This document shows positions 1-9,912 of a stretch of 64,000 bases of DNA, in pieces; position 1 is the first letter of the stretch, and every line of letters begins with the position of its first letter. The position numbers and the translations under genes are program-made. The notes beneath the pieces are model-generated. The model was not told the origin of the DNA, did no database searches, and saw nothing but the letters and a program-made list of their open reading frames with translations. This DNA comes from Thermodesulfobacteriota bacterium (lineage in GTDB: Bacteria > Desulfobacterota_D > UBA1144), in contig JAYYZJ010000005.1 of NCBI GenBank assembly GCA_036340075.1, positions 1 to 64,000 on the forward strand, read 5' to 3'.

Positions 1-1
1 A

Positions 2-283
2 ACTTTAGCTATTATTGTTCTGGGTCTGGTTGCTTTTTCAATTGGAACAGCATCAGGTGTTTTAATGGCTAAACTATTAAACAAAGTAAGTAAATCTGAC
101 ATAAATCCTTTAATAGGTGCAGCTGGTGTATCTGCAGTTCCAATGGCTGCAAGAGTTGTTAGTAAAGTTGGAAATGAAGAAGATAGCTCAAACGTTCTAT
201 TAATGCATGCAATGGGACCCAATGTTTCTGGAGTGATAGGATCTGCTGTTGCTGCAGGTATTTTAATTTCTATCTTTGCTTAA
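2..283 (+). CDS. oadB: Na+-translocating decarboxylase beta subunit, 5'-truncated by the window edge
   Basis: The frame is open from base 2 ([24 protein letters not shown]...). It carries the family motifs [18 protein letters not shown] and [15 protein letters not shown]. Confidence 0.92.
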   Translation, partial: TLAIIVLGLVAFSIGTASGVLMAKLLNKVSKSDINPLIGAAGVSAVPMAARVVSKVGNEEDSSNVLLMHAMGPNVSGVIGSAVAAGILISIFA

Positions 284-293
284 TTTTTATAAT

Positions 294-800
294 CTATATT
301 GTGTAATTTTTGAATCTGGTAATATTTTTTCTTCTCTTATATAAGAGTACAAGGGCCAGAAGAAAAATATTTGTAAACCATACCTCTGGTCTAGACCATG
401 AAAAACCATCTATATAAAAGTCTGAAAAAGGCCAGAAGATTTTAGTTGGGAAAAACTCCTTAGAATGAGAAATAGAATCTACAACAGTATGAAAAGGCCA
501 TGCTAATGCAACGTACCACAAATAATCTTTTCTGAAAAAGTATAATAAGAAAACAAGTAAGAACCCAGCAGTAAAACTATGAGAAAAGTCATACATAATA
601 AAAACCCAATCGGGTATTGTTTCTAATGGTGGAGGACCACCAAAATCTCTATCAAAGAAAGTTCCGTTAAAAATACGTAAAATTATCCAAGGGCCAAAAG
701 CTATAATATCGGGGCATGCGCCAAACAACAAAGCAATAAGATTGGTTCCTTTTTGCCCAAAGAGAGCTTTCCCCCATAATGCATGACTAAATGTATCCAA
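294..800 (-). CDS. Membrane-bound metal-dependent hydrolase-like protein (YdjM-like)
   Basis: Hydrophobic 168 aa protein with MDTFSH, PD, SHS and HxxxD motifs. TTG start directly after the hflC stop. Confidence 0.6.
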   Translation of the reverse strand: MDTFSHALWGKALFGQKGTNLIALLFGACPDIIAFGPWIILRIFNGTFFDRDFGGPPPLETIPDWVFIMYDFSHSFTAGFLLVFLLYFFRKDYLWYVALAWPFHTVVDSISHSKEFFPTKIFWPFSDFYIDGFSWSRPEVWFTNIFLLALVLLYKRRKNITRFKNYTI

Positions 801-1649
801 TTAATCTATCTTTCTGATTAAATCTAATAAATTAGAATCTATAGGTAGAAATATTACTGACTTCTCATCAATAATTTTGTCATAAGCATCTAACTTTCTC
901 ATAAACTCGTAAAAACCTGGATCTCTAGAATAGGAATCAGAGTATATTTTTGTTGCTACTTTATCGCCTTCACCTTTAATTTTTTCACTTTTTGAATATG
1001 CTTCAGCCAAAATTATTTCTTTATTTTTGTTTGTTTCTGCTCGAATTTTTGCTGATTCTTCTTCCCCTTCTGATCTATATCTTTTTGATATCCTTTTTCT
1101 TTCAGCTACCATCCTATCAAAAACGCTCTGTTGAACTTCTGCAGGTAAATCTGCTCTTTTAATTCTTACATCAATCAATTCAATGCCATATTCTTTAAGT
1201 TTTTCGCTACTACCCTCTTTAACCTCATCCATTATTAATTCTCTATTTTCAGCTATTACTTCATTTAAGTTATGAGTAGCTAATTCTTCTCTTAATTCAG
1301 AATAAACAATATCTTCAATTCTAGTATTAGCGCTGAATAAGTTTCTTACTGATTTAAAGAAAACCAATGGGTCTACAATTTTCCATCTTGCAAGAAAATC
1401 GACGACTAATCTTTTTTTATCCAAAGTTAAATATTGACCTGGTGGTGCATCGGTTGACAATATTCTTTTTTCAAATCTTGTTATTTTTTCAATAAAAGGT
1501 TTTTTAAAATGGAGACCTGGCTTTGTTATTGCTCTCTTAAATTCTCCAACTTGAGTAATAATAGCCTGTTCTTTCTCATCTACAGTAAATACAAAAGTAG
1601 GAACAAAAATTAAAAGTAAGATTATAATTGGTAAAAACTTCTTCATCAT
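801..1649 (-). CDS. hflC: FtsH protease modulator HflC
   Basis: N-terminal TM plus SPFH domain (PGLHFKKPF, DVRIKRADLP, RMVAERKR). Lies downstream of hflK. Confidence 0.93.
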   Translation of the reverse strand: MMKKFLPIIILLLIFVPTFVFTVDEKEQAIITQVGEFKRAITKPGLHFKKPFIEKITRFEKRILSTDAPPGQYLTLDKKRLVVDFLARWKIVDPLVFFKSVRNLFSANTRIEDIVYSELREELATHNLNEVIAENRELIMDEVKEGSSEKLKEYGIELIDVRIKRADLPAEVQQSVFDRMVAERKRISKRYRSEGEEESAKIRAETNKNKEIILAEAYSKSEKIKGEGDKVATKIYSDSYSRDPGFYEFMRKLDAYDKIIDEKSVIFLPIDSNLLDLIRKID

Positions 1650-1650
1650 A

Positions 1651-2658
1651 TTAATCCTTAAATACTTCTTTTAGTGGTAATAAATTTATTGAACCTCCTG
1701 CTGAATCTGTACCTATTACTTTTTTTGGCCTTTTTAATATTTCTTCCATCCTTTCCAAATAAATCCTAGTCCTCGTTACTTCCTTATCTTTCTTATACTC
1801 AGAATATATCTGATTAAATCTAGCAGTGTCACCTTTAGCATTAGCAATTCTTTGTTCTCTATAAGCTTCTGACTCTTTAATCATTTTTTCAGCTTCACCT
1901 CTAGCTTTTGGGATTACATCTTCAAAGAAAGCTTTAGCTTCATTAATTAATCTTTCCTTATCTTCTTTAGCTCTTACAACTTCATTAAATGCGTCTTTAA
2001 CCTCTTCTGGTGGGTCAACAATTTGTAGCTTAACGTCTGTAATCTGAACTCCAGAACTATATGAATCTAACAATGTCTGTAAGAATTCTCTGGTCTTAAC
2101 TTGAATCTGATCTCTACCTGTAGTTAATGCATCATCAATTTTTGTTATACCCATAACACTTCTTAATGCTACTTCTGCAGTATTTTTAATTGTTATGTCA
2201 GGATTAGCAACTTTAAATAGAAAATTGCCAGGATTTTTAATCTTCCATTGGATAATAGCTTGAGCATCAACTATATTTTCATCTTTTGTAATCATTAAAG
2301 ATTCTTGCAATACATTAATTCTTGCTCTGTCTGATCTAAAACCTATCTCTATTCTTCTAACTTTCTCTACATTAACTTTAGTTAAACTGTCAATAAAAGG
2401 TATTTTTAAATGCAGTCCAGGGTTTGAATAACTCGAAAGCTTTCCGAATCTCTGAACGACTCCAACTTCTCCTGGATCAATTGTATAAACACTTGATAAC
2501 AGTGCTAAAAGTACAAAAAATGATGGTAATAAAATAAGCAATCTTTTTATTTTTTTATCTTCATCTGAACGTGTAGAAGGTGTAGAGCTACCATTGGTTC
2601 CGGACCTTTTATCTAAACTGTTAATAAAATCTATTATTGCTTTGATTAATTTAAACAC
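1651..2658 (-). CDS. hflK: FtsH protease modulator HflK
   Basis: SPFH domain (GVVQRFGK, MITKDENIV, PPEEVKDAF, IPKARGEA, VTRTRIYLE). GTG start. Confidence 0.93.
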   Translation of the reverse strand: MFKLIKAIIDFINSLDKRSGTNGSSTPSTRSDEDKKIKRLLILLPSFFVLLALLSSVYTIDPGEVGVVQRFGKLSSYSNPGLHLKIPFIDSLTKVNVEKVRRIEIGFRSDRARINVLQESLMITKDENIVDAQAIIQWKIKNPGNFLFKVANPDITIKNTAEVALRSVMGITKIDDALTTGRDQIQVKTREFLQTLLDSYSSGVQITDVKLQIVDPPEEVKDAFNEVVRAKEDKERLINEAKAFFEDVIPKARGEAEKMIKESEAYREQRIANAKGDTARFNQIYSEYKKDKEVTRTRIYLERMEEILKRPKKVIGTDSAGGSINLLPLKEVFKD

Positions 2659-2687
2659 TGGGATTAATTTTAACTAAAAAATCAGGA

Positions 2688-3878
2688 TTAACCAATTTTG
2701 TTAAAATAATCTACAACTTTAGATATGGTCAAATCTCCAGTTACATTAATAGCTGTTCTAAACATATCAAGAAATCTGTCAATTCCTGCAATAATAGCAA
2801 TTGCTTCTATAGGTATTCCAACTGATGTGAAAACTATTGTCATCATAACCAAGGCAACAGAAGGAACTCCTGCAGCCCCTATGCTACCTATTGTTGCTGT
2901 CATTGAGATGATTACGTACTCGGCAAGAGAAAGCTCTAGGCCTATTAGTTGTGAAATAAAAATTGCGGAAAGCCCTAAATATATAGCAGAACCATCCATA
3001 TTGACTGTTGCACCAATTGGCACAACAAAAGATGAAACTTCTTTGCGAATTCCTAAATTCTTATTGGCTGTATTTAAGGTTAAAGGCATAGTCGCGGAAC
3101 TACTTGAAGAAAAGAAAGCAAAAATTATTGGCTCTTTTATCTTTTTGAAAAAATCATATGGGCTACATTTGGTAACTAACTTAACTATGGTTCCATAAAA
3201 GAAGAACATGTATATCAAGAAAATTATTATTGTTAGAAGAATAAATTTTATGAGTGAAAACATAATTGCTCCATCAATAGTTGCAAGCAAATTAGAGAAT
3301 AATGAGAATATTGCTATTGGGGCTAAAAACATTATGTAGTTTACTGATTTTAAAACCAAATCGTTAAAATATGAGAATATTTCTTGTAATTTGTTTTCGT
3401 ACTTTCCTGAAAATCTGATTGTTATGCCTAAAAGGATTGATAGAATCATTATAGCAATCGGATTGCCTTCCGAAATCAATCTAAATATATTAGTTAAATC
3501 GATTGCCAAAACACTTAATGTAGAGCCTAAATTTACTTCATTGCTAGCAACTATCTCAGAAGATAGATTAATTATTTCTCCAGTATTAAAATTGATATTA
3601 GATCCAAGAAGTAATGCGTAACTGATAGCTATAAATGTTGTTGATAGGTATAAACCTAGAGTAAGGGGCACAATCTTTACTGCTGAAGCATTTGAACCAA
3701 ATGATGCGACCGAGTAAGTTATAGTTCCAAAAATTAGAAATGGAACAAAGTATTTAAGTATTGAAATAAAATAAGTTCCCAAAAATTTAACTTGTATTGC
3801 AAGTTCTGGCAAATAAAAGGCAAAAGGTATTGCTAGTAAAAATGCAATTAACATCCATAGAGAAAGTTTTTTTTGCAT
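2688..3878 (-). CDS. Dicarboxylate/amino acid:cation symporter (DAACS/GltP family)
   Basis: Serine-rich SSSSSATMP, GATVNMDG, GAAGVP and DRFLDMFRTAINVTGD motifs. Confidence 0.92.
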   Translation of the reverse strand: MQKKLSLWMLIAFLLAIPFAFYLPELAIQVKFLGTYFISILKYFVPFLIFGTITYSVASFGSNASAVKIVPLTLGLYLSTTFIAISYALLLGSNINFNTGEIINLSSEIVASNEVNLGSTLSVLAIDLTNIFRLISEGNPIAIMILSILLGITIRFSGKYENKLQEIFSYFNDLVLKSVNYIMFLAPIAIFSLFSNLLATIDGAIMFSLIKFILLTIIIFLIYMFFFYGTIVKLVTKCSPYDFFKKIKEPIIFAFFSSSSSATMPLTLNTANKNLGIRKEVSSFVVPIGATVNMDGSAIYLGLSAIFISQLIGLELSLAEYVIISMTATIGSIGAAGVPSVALVMMTIVFTSVGIPIEAIAIIAGIDRFLDMFRTAINVTGDLTISKVVDYFNKIG

Positions 3879-3897
3879 TATCTTAATTTATAAGGGT

Positions 3898-4545
3898 TTA
3901 TTCCTTAAGTCCTTCAAATAAAGTTTTATTAAGATTTTTAAGGAGATTAACCGAATCCTCAACTTTTTTTGCAATTTCTTCAGTAAGTTTTTCTGATTTT
4001 ACTGTATATAGATGCCAACGAGGGAAAATAAATCGCATTTTAAAATATACATCTCCTTGCGGTGTAAGAACCGTTGCCTCAAAATTAGAAGCTGACAAGA
4101 AATTAAATTTTTCTAAAGAATAGCCGTCATAATTATTGCTTGAATCGATTGTTTCTGTTTTAGTCTTATTGCTACTTGATTGATTGCTACCTGATTTCTT
4201 TTCTGCAATCTCAACAATTTTAATTATACCTTCAGGTGTAACAGCTTTTTTTATTGCAACATCTAGAGCTTTACCACCAAAGATTTCACCACCAATTTTC
4301 CTGATATCTTCAAATACTCCTTCTACTGGATTATCTAGTTCTTTTTTTCTTAGCTCTGCCCTACTCTTTAAGTATTCACTTACATCTTGTTTTACCGAAT
4401 CTTGCATCTCTGGCCATATTACATAGGCATTTAGGATATCTACATCTTTATTTTTAACACCCATTCCAATTTTATAAAGACTATAAAAAGGGGAAAGAAA
4501 AACTAAAATAATAATTAATGCTAATGTCCAAAAAAAGATTCTCAT
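3898..4545 (-). CDS. Membrane-anchored hypothetical protein (DUF2939-like)
   Basis: N-terminal TM followed by SPFYSL...D...L..YV.WP.....SVK and a later VTPEGI, a pattern I recall for DUF2939. Confidence 0.55.
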   Translation of the reverse strand: MRIFFWTLALIIILVFLSPFYSLYKIGMGVKNKDVDILNAYVIWPEMQDSVKQDVSEYLKSRAELRKKELDNPVEGVFEDIRKIGGEIFGGKALDVAIKKAVTPEGIIKIVEIAEKKSGSNQSSSNKTKTETIDSSNNYDGYSLEKFNFLSASNFEATVLTPQGDVYFKMRFIFPRWHLYTVKSEKLTEEIAKKVEDSVNLLKNLNKTLFEGLKE

Positions 4546-4602
4546 ATAACAACCATCCTACTTTTTGCTAAATACAGGAAAGTTAAAGTTAAGTTAATAT
4601 AT

Positions 4603-5394
4603 TTATTCATTAAATTCAAACTCAAGATTGTGACCATAATTTAGTTTACGAAAAGATTCTTGTCTGTCTTCAAAGTATCTACAATAATCACAATCTGACG
4701 TGGGCTCTGGTATTTTGTCGCTTGAAAGTACTGATTTTAATTCCTTTAATTTTTTAGGAATCCATTTAGTACTTCCTTTATATTCCAAAAGGGTTAAATC
4801 AAATTGCAACATAGGTATATCGTTACGATTAAGAAAACCTTCTTTTAAACCATTTGCATAAAGGAAATATCCAACTTCATCAACTTCAAGATTATTATTA
4901 ATAAGTAAAAATTGATAAAATTCCATTTGTCTTTTATAAGCTGGCCACCATCCATCATCCGAAATGTTAATTTCTCCAGCCTTAGATGTTGCTTTGTAAT
5001 CTACTACAACAACTTTATTTGTATCTAAATTAAGCCATAAATCATCAACCGCACCAAAAAGTTCTAGGTTTAGATCTTCATCGATATATCGAACACCAAC
5101 AAAATTGTTTCGCCAATCATCTAATCTTGAATCACTAAATGGTATATAATTTAAATCTTTTTCAATAAATAAAGGGTGTTTTTCTTTGCTTGCTCGATAA
5201 AAATCAAACTCATTTTTAAATAAAGCATCAACTGCGATATTAAGGGTAAATGGTGCAAACTTTACTTGATTTAAACCTTTGACAATATCTAACCAAAAAC
5301 ATCTCTTACAGTTAATAAATAAATCAAACTTAGTTCTACTAAGAGGAAATGGCTTCTTGGAATCAGTACGATATACTCTATTTTTTCGTAACAT
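4603..5394 (-). CDS. PD-(D/E)XK (RecB/AddB/Cas4-like) nuclease
   Basis: GAVDDLW, VVDYKAT and RQMEFYQ nuclease motifs. Cysteine pairs CKRC near the N-terminus and CDYC near the C-terminus. Confidence 0.85.
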   Translation of the reverse strand: MLRKNRVYRTDSKKPFPLSRTKFDLFINCKRCFWLDIVKGLNQVKFAPFTLNIAVDALFKNEFDFYRASKEKHPLFIEKDLNYIPFSDSRLDDWRNNFVGVRYIDEDLNLELFGAVDDLWLNLDTNKVVVVDYKATSKAGEINISDDGWWPAYKRQMEFYQFLLINNNLEVDEVGYFLYANGLKEGFLNRNDIPMLQFDLTLLEYKGSTKWIPKKLKELKSVLSSDKIPEPTSDCDYCRYFEDRQESFRKLNYGHNLEFEFNE

Positions 5395-5455
5395 AGATTA
5401 TAAATTCAATATATTACATATTTTGTTTGGTATCAAATTTTTTAAAAATTAAAAA

Positions 5456-6742
5456 CTATTTTATAAATATTAATCTCGTACCCTTGTCTTGGTTGAAATA
5501 ATTAAGTGCCCATTTAATAAGGACAGATGCTTTATTGTCAAATCCTATCAAATAGCAGATATGTACAAAAATCCATAGAACCCATGCAAGAAATCCTTTT
5601 GCTGAAATATAGCCTAAATCAGCTACGGCTTTATTCCTTCCAATTACTGCCAAATTACCTTTGTTCTTATATTTAAATTCCTTTTTGTATTCCTTATTCG
5701 CAGCTCTATTTTTTATTAATTCAGCGACAAAAACACCTGACTGCATAGCAACGGGAGCTATACCAGGTAGATACTGATCTTTTCCAACTGTAAATCTAGC
5801 TAAATCGCCAACGACAAAAATATTGTCATATTTTGGTATGGTGAAGTCTTTGTTCACTAGAACTCTACCGACATTGTCTAACTCAACACCAGTTGTATCA
5901 TTTAAAATCTTACCCATTACGGATGCCATAACCCCAGCACCCCAAAGAATAGTTTTAGATTCAATATTCTTTTTGACCCCATCACTAGTAAAAAACACAG
6001 TATCATTCTGTATGTCTGTAACCATAGAATTAACTAAAACCTTAACACCCATTCCCTCTAGATATTTTTTAGAAATATCTGACAAACTTTTCTTAAAAGT
6101 GGGAAGAATATTTGGTAAACCTTCTAATAAATAAATCTCACAGTCTTTTTTTGTATCTAAATTATGAAAATGCTTATCTAAAGTTATAAATGCTAAATCA
6201 GCCATAGCTCCTGCTAGTTCCACACCTGTTGGTCCTCCCCCAACTATTACAAATCTTAGAAACTGTTTTCTTCTAATTGGATCTGTTTCGTTTTCTGCTA
6301 ATTCGAACGCAGTAAAAATTCTTCTTCTTATTTCAAGAGCATCCTCTACTGTTTTAAGTCCAGGTGCATGTCTTTGCCAATCATGGTGGCCAAAATAATG
6401 ATGACTTACTCCAGTAGCAACAATTAAATCATCATATCTAATTTTTGAATGGCTATACGTCTGGATATATCTACTATCAGGTTCAATTCCTGTTACGGAA
6501 TCCATTCTGACTGTTACATTCTTTTTGTCACCAAAAATCGATCTTATAGGAGCACTAATGTCAGGAGCTGAGATTGTCCCAGTTGCAACTTGGTAAAGCA
6601 AAGGTTGAAATAGATGAAAATTTCTTCTATCAATCAAAGTAACATCTACATTGGAATCGACCAATTCGTGAACAGCATAAAGACCACCGAATCCAGCCCC
6701 TACTACAACTACATGGTGTCTATCATTTCCGTTTTTAGCCAT
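5456..6742 (-). CDS. ndh: Type II NADH:quinone oxidoreductase
   Basis: Two Rossmann motifs (GAGFGG, GGGPTGVE), FQPLLYQVATG, and APVAMQSG. Confidence 0.92.
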   Translation of the reverse strand: MAKNGNDRHHVVVVGAGFGGLYAVHELVDSNVDVTLIDRRNFHLFQPLLYQVATGTISAPDISAPIRSIFGDKKNVTVRMDSVTGIEPDSRYIQTYSHSKIRYDDLIVATGVSHHYFGHHDWQRHAPGLKTVEDALEIRRRIFTAFELAENETDPIRRKQFLRFVIVGGGPTGVELAGAMADLAFITLDKHFHNLDTKKDCEIYLLEGLPNILPTFKKSLSDISKKYLEGMGVKVLVNSMVTDIQNDTVFFTSDGVKKNIESKTILWGAGVMASVMGKILNDTTGVELDNVGRVLVNKDFTIPKYDNIFVVGDLARFTVGKDQYLPGIAPVAMQSGVFVAELIKNRAANKEYKKEFKYKNKGNLAVIGRNKAVADLGYISAKGFLAWVLWIFVHICYLIGFDNKASVLIKWALNYFNQDKGTRLIFIK

Positions 6743-6768
6743 TTGTATATTTAATTATAACTGAATAG

Positions 6769-9483
6769 TTAAACTTTTAATTGCTCTTCGCATTTCGTAC
6801 AAATATTAGGATCGGAGCTAGAAAATGATTCATTATCGAAAAACATCCAACATCTTTTACATTTTTTATTCTTTGTTTTTTCTACTGTTACACTAACTTC
6901 AGAAGAAGTTCCTTTGGATACATTTAATTCTGATATAAGAAATACCTTTTTTAAAAGATTTAAATTCTCTTCGAGAATTAATAACTTATCTTCTGGTGAC
7001 TTTATAGAAACTTTTGCCTCAAGAGAATTACCAAGGATTTTATCTTTTCTCTTTTTTTCTATCTCTTTTAAAACAATATCTCTAAAAAATAAAATATTTT
7101 CCCACTTTGATTCCACACTCTCGTTTATAAATTTTTCATTAGATAAGCTATGTTCAAAAACACTCAGTTCTGATTTATCATAATGTTGCCATGCTTCTTC
7201 AGTTGTAAAAGATAAAACTGGTGAAAGCATAATGCTTATTTCTTTGAAAATTACTGATAAAGCAGTTTGACATGAAACTCTTTCTTTAGAATCTGGTGAA
7301 TATGTATATAGAACATCTTTCTGTATATCTAAATATATTGAACTTAAATCATTAGAACAAAAATGTATAATATCGTTTAGTCCAATATGAAATAAATAGG
7401 AGTTAAAATATTTGATGTAATTTTCTTTGGTTTTACCTAATCTGGAAAGAATCCATTTATCTATTTCTTCTAATTTTTCTAAATTGATTTTCTTTTCGTT
7501 ATCAAAATCATATAGATTACCCAAAAGAAATCTAATAGTATTTCTAATCTTCTTATATTTATCGGTAACGGTTGATAGTATGTCATCTGAAATCCTAACT
7601 TCAGAAGAATAATCTTCTGACGCGACCCATAATCTTAAAATATCTGCTCCATTTTTCTTAATTATTTTATCTGGATCGAAGACATTGCCTTTTGATTTAG
7701 ACATCTTTTGACCTTGACTGTCGACCACAAACCCATGAGTCAATACAGCTTTGTAAGGTGCAGTATTATTAATTGAAACAGAAGTTAGCAGACTACTTTG
7801 AAACCAACCTCTATGTTGATCATTACCTTCTAGGTATAAATCAGCAGGATATTTGTTATGATTTGTAAGTACTGACTTCCATGAGGATCCAGAATCAAAC
7901 CAGACATCTAGAGTATCCTGTCCTTTAATTAAATCTTTTGATTCTTTTTTATATTCTTCTGGCAATAAATCTTCAACTTCCAATTCCCACCATGAAGAGG
8001 AACCATTTTTAGCAAAAATCTCTTTAATATTCTCAATCGTTTTGTCATTTATAAATACTTCATTAGTATCCTTATAATAAAAAACTGGTATTGGCAAACC
8101 CCAAGATCTTTGTCTTGAGATACACCAATCAGATCTTTCTTCAATCATTTTAGATATCCTATTCACTACTTTTTCGGGATACCATTTAACTTTGCCAATC
8201 TCATCTAGCGCCATATCTTTAAATTTATCAACAGAAGCAAACCATTGATAAGTAGCTCTAAAAATCGTAGGTTTTCCAGTTCTCCAATCATAAGGGTACT
8301 GATGATTGTATTCCTCTAATAAAATCAAAAGATTTTTTTCTTTTAAAATATCTATCACCTTTTGATTCCCTTCTTTTAATACATTAAGTCCAACTAAATC
8401 TTCTCCAACCTCTTCTGTGAACCTACCAGCAGCATCCACAGGAGAATAAACTTCGAGATTATTTTTGATACCAGTAGAATAATCGTCGGTTCCATGACCA
8501 GGTGCTGTATGAACAAGTCCTGTACCAGTTTCTTTGGTGACATAGTCTGCTAGTACAATGGGTGAGGTTTGTCCGGTTATAGGAGAAATATAATTTAATT
8601 TTATTAAATCCCTTCCTTTTATTTTAGTGATTAAAATTAATTTCTTATTAATTTTTTCTTCTAAAACTTTAGAAAGAGTTTCTTCAATAATTATTGAAGC
8701 ATCATCTATTTCATAGATTCCATAGTTAAAATCTTTATTTACAGAAACAGCTTTGTTTGCTGGTAAAGTCCATGGCGTAGTAGTCCAAATAATAAGAAAT
8801 AAAGGTTTACTAACTTTTTCAAATAAATCCTTATAGTTTATTATTTCTAATTTTACATAAATACTTTTAGATATGTGGTTTTCTGGATAATCTAACTCAG
8901 CTTCGGCAAGCGCTGTTCGCGAGCTTGGGCTCCAGTTTACAGGCTTTAATCCTCTATAGATATAACCTTTTGAAAACATATTCCAAAAAACATCAATCTG
9001 ATTAGCTTCAAAATCAGGATTAATAGTAAGATATGGATTATCCCAATCACCTAAAACACCTAACCTTTTAAACTCTTCTTTTTGGGAGGATACAAAAGAA
9101 AGTGCAAATTCTTCACACAATTCTCTTATTTTTATCTTTGAAATATTTTTGTCTTTAATTTTTTTTGACACCTGGTGTTCTATAGGTAGGCCATGGCAAT
9201 CCCAACCTGGTATATAATCAATTCCTTTTCCAGTTACAGAATTATATTTTATAATAATGTCTTTCAATATCTTATTTAAACAATGGCCTATGTGGATTTT
9301 TCCATTAGCAAAAGGTGGGCCATCATGAAGAATAAACTTTTCATTGCTTTTTTCCCTCATTGACTGATAGATATTTTTTTTGTACCAAAAATCGATAATT
9401 GAAGGTTCATTTTGAGATAAATTTGCTCTCATTGAAAATTCTGTTTTTGGTAGATTTAGTGTTTCGTTATAATCTTTACTCAA
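6769..9483 (-). CDS. ileS: Isoleucine--tRNA ligase (type 1)
   Basis: HIGH, GWDCHGLP, WTTTPWTLP, WCISRQR and KMSKS motifs. C-terminal CKRC...CTKC zinc finger. TTG start. Confidence 0.98.
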   Translation of the reverse strand: MSKDYNETLNLPKTEFSMRANLSQNEPSIIDFWYKKNIYQSMREKSNEKFILHDGPPFANGKIHIGHCLNKILKDIIIKYNSVTGKGIDYIPGWDCHGLPIEHQVSKKIKDKNISKIKIRELCEEFALSFVSSQKEEFKRLGVLGDWDNPYLTINPDFEANQIDVFWNMFSKGYIYRGLKPVNWSPSSRTALAEAELDYPENHISKSIYVKLEIINYKDLFEKVSKPLFLIIWTTTPWTLPANKAVSVNKDFNYGIYEIDDASIIIEETLSKVLEEKINKKLILITKIKGRDLIKLNYISPITGQTSPIVLADYVTKETGTGLVHTAPGHGTDDYSTGIKNNLEVYSPVDAAGRFTEEVGEDLVGLNVLKEGNQKVIDILKEKNLLILLEEYNHQYPYDWRTGKPTIFRATYQWFASVDKFKDMALDEIGKVKWYPEKVVNRISKMIEERSDWCISRQRSWGLPIPVFYYKDTNEVFINDKTIENIKEIFAKNGSSSWWELEVEDLLPEEYKKESKDLIKGQDTLDVWFDSGSSWKSVLTNHNKYPADLYLEGNDQHRGWFQSSLLTSVSINNTAPYKAVLTHGFVVDSQGQKMSKSKGNVFDPDKIIKKNGADILRLWVASEDYSSEVRISDDILSTVTDKYKKIRNTIRFLLGNLYDFDNEKKINLEKLEEIDKWILSRLGKTKENYIKYFNSYLFHIGLNDIIHFCSNDLSSIYLDIQKDVLYTYSPDSKERVSCQTALSVIFKEISIMLSPVLSFTTEEAWQHYDKSELSVFEHSLSNEKFINESVESKWENILFFRDIVLKEIEKKRKDKILGNSLEAKVSIKSPEDKLLILEENLNLLKKVFLISELNVSKGTSSEVSVTVEKTKNKKCKRCWMFFDNESFSSSDPNICTKCEEQLKV

Positions 9484-9831
9484 TTAAAAACCTTTAATAA
9501 TTTTTTCAATATTGTCATAAATTTTTCTTGAAAAGATAACCCACTGGTCCCACATTTCAATATTATATTTATCTCCTTTTACTGTTTTTACAATTCTTAA
9601 GCCATATTCTTCTTTAGATAATTCTATATCTTCCTCTTTTTCGACTATTGAATTAAAAATAGAACTTAGCTTGTGCAAGATCCGTACATTCTTTTCTTCT
9701 CCGTCTCTGATTTCTGTAATCAATAATCGTACTGGAACCGTCTTTGTACCTGCACTTGTTCTCATCATCGAAGAGCCTTGACCCCATCCTGTTTGCAATC
9801 TGGGTGTTTCAGCCCATAGCTTCATTTCCAT
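9484..9831 (-). CDS. Hypothetical protein
   Basis: 115 aa ORF filling the gap. Its stop abuts the ileS start. No family recognised. Confidence 0.7.
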   Translation of the reverse strand: MEMKLWAETPRLQTGWGQGSSMMRTSAGTKTVPVRLLITEIRDGEEKNVRILHKLSSIFNSIVEKEEDIELSKEEYGLRIVKTVKGDKYNIEMWDQWVIFSRKIYDNIEKIIKGF

Positions 9832-9912
9832 ATTAGATATATAACATCTATTATGTTCAAATTTATCAAAAAGTCATTAGATTTAGATTTAATTAAAATG
9901 TACGATATTCAT

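Noticed and set aside
4603..5394. Cas4-like gene as evidence of a CRISPR-Cas locus
   Set aside because: No cas1 or cas2 and no repeat-spacer array anywhere in the window.
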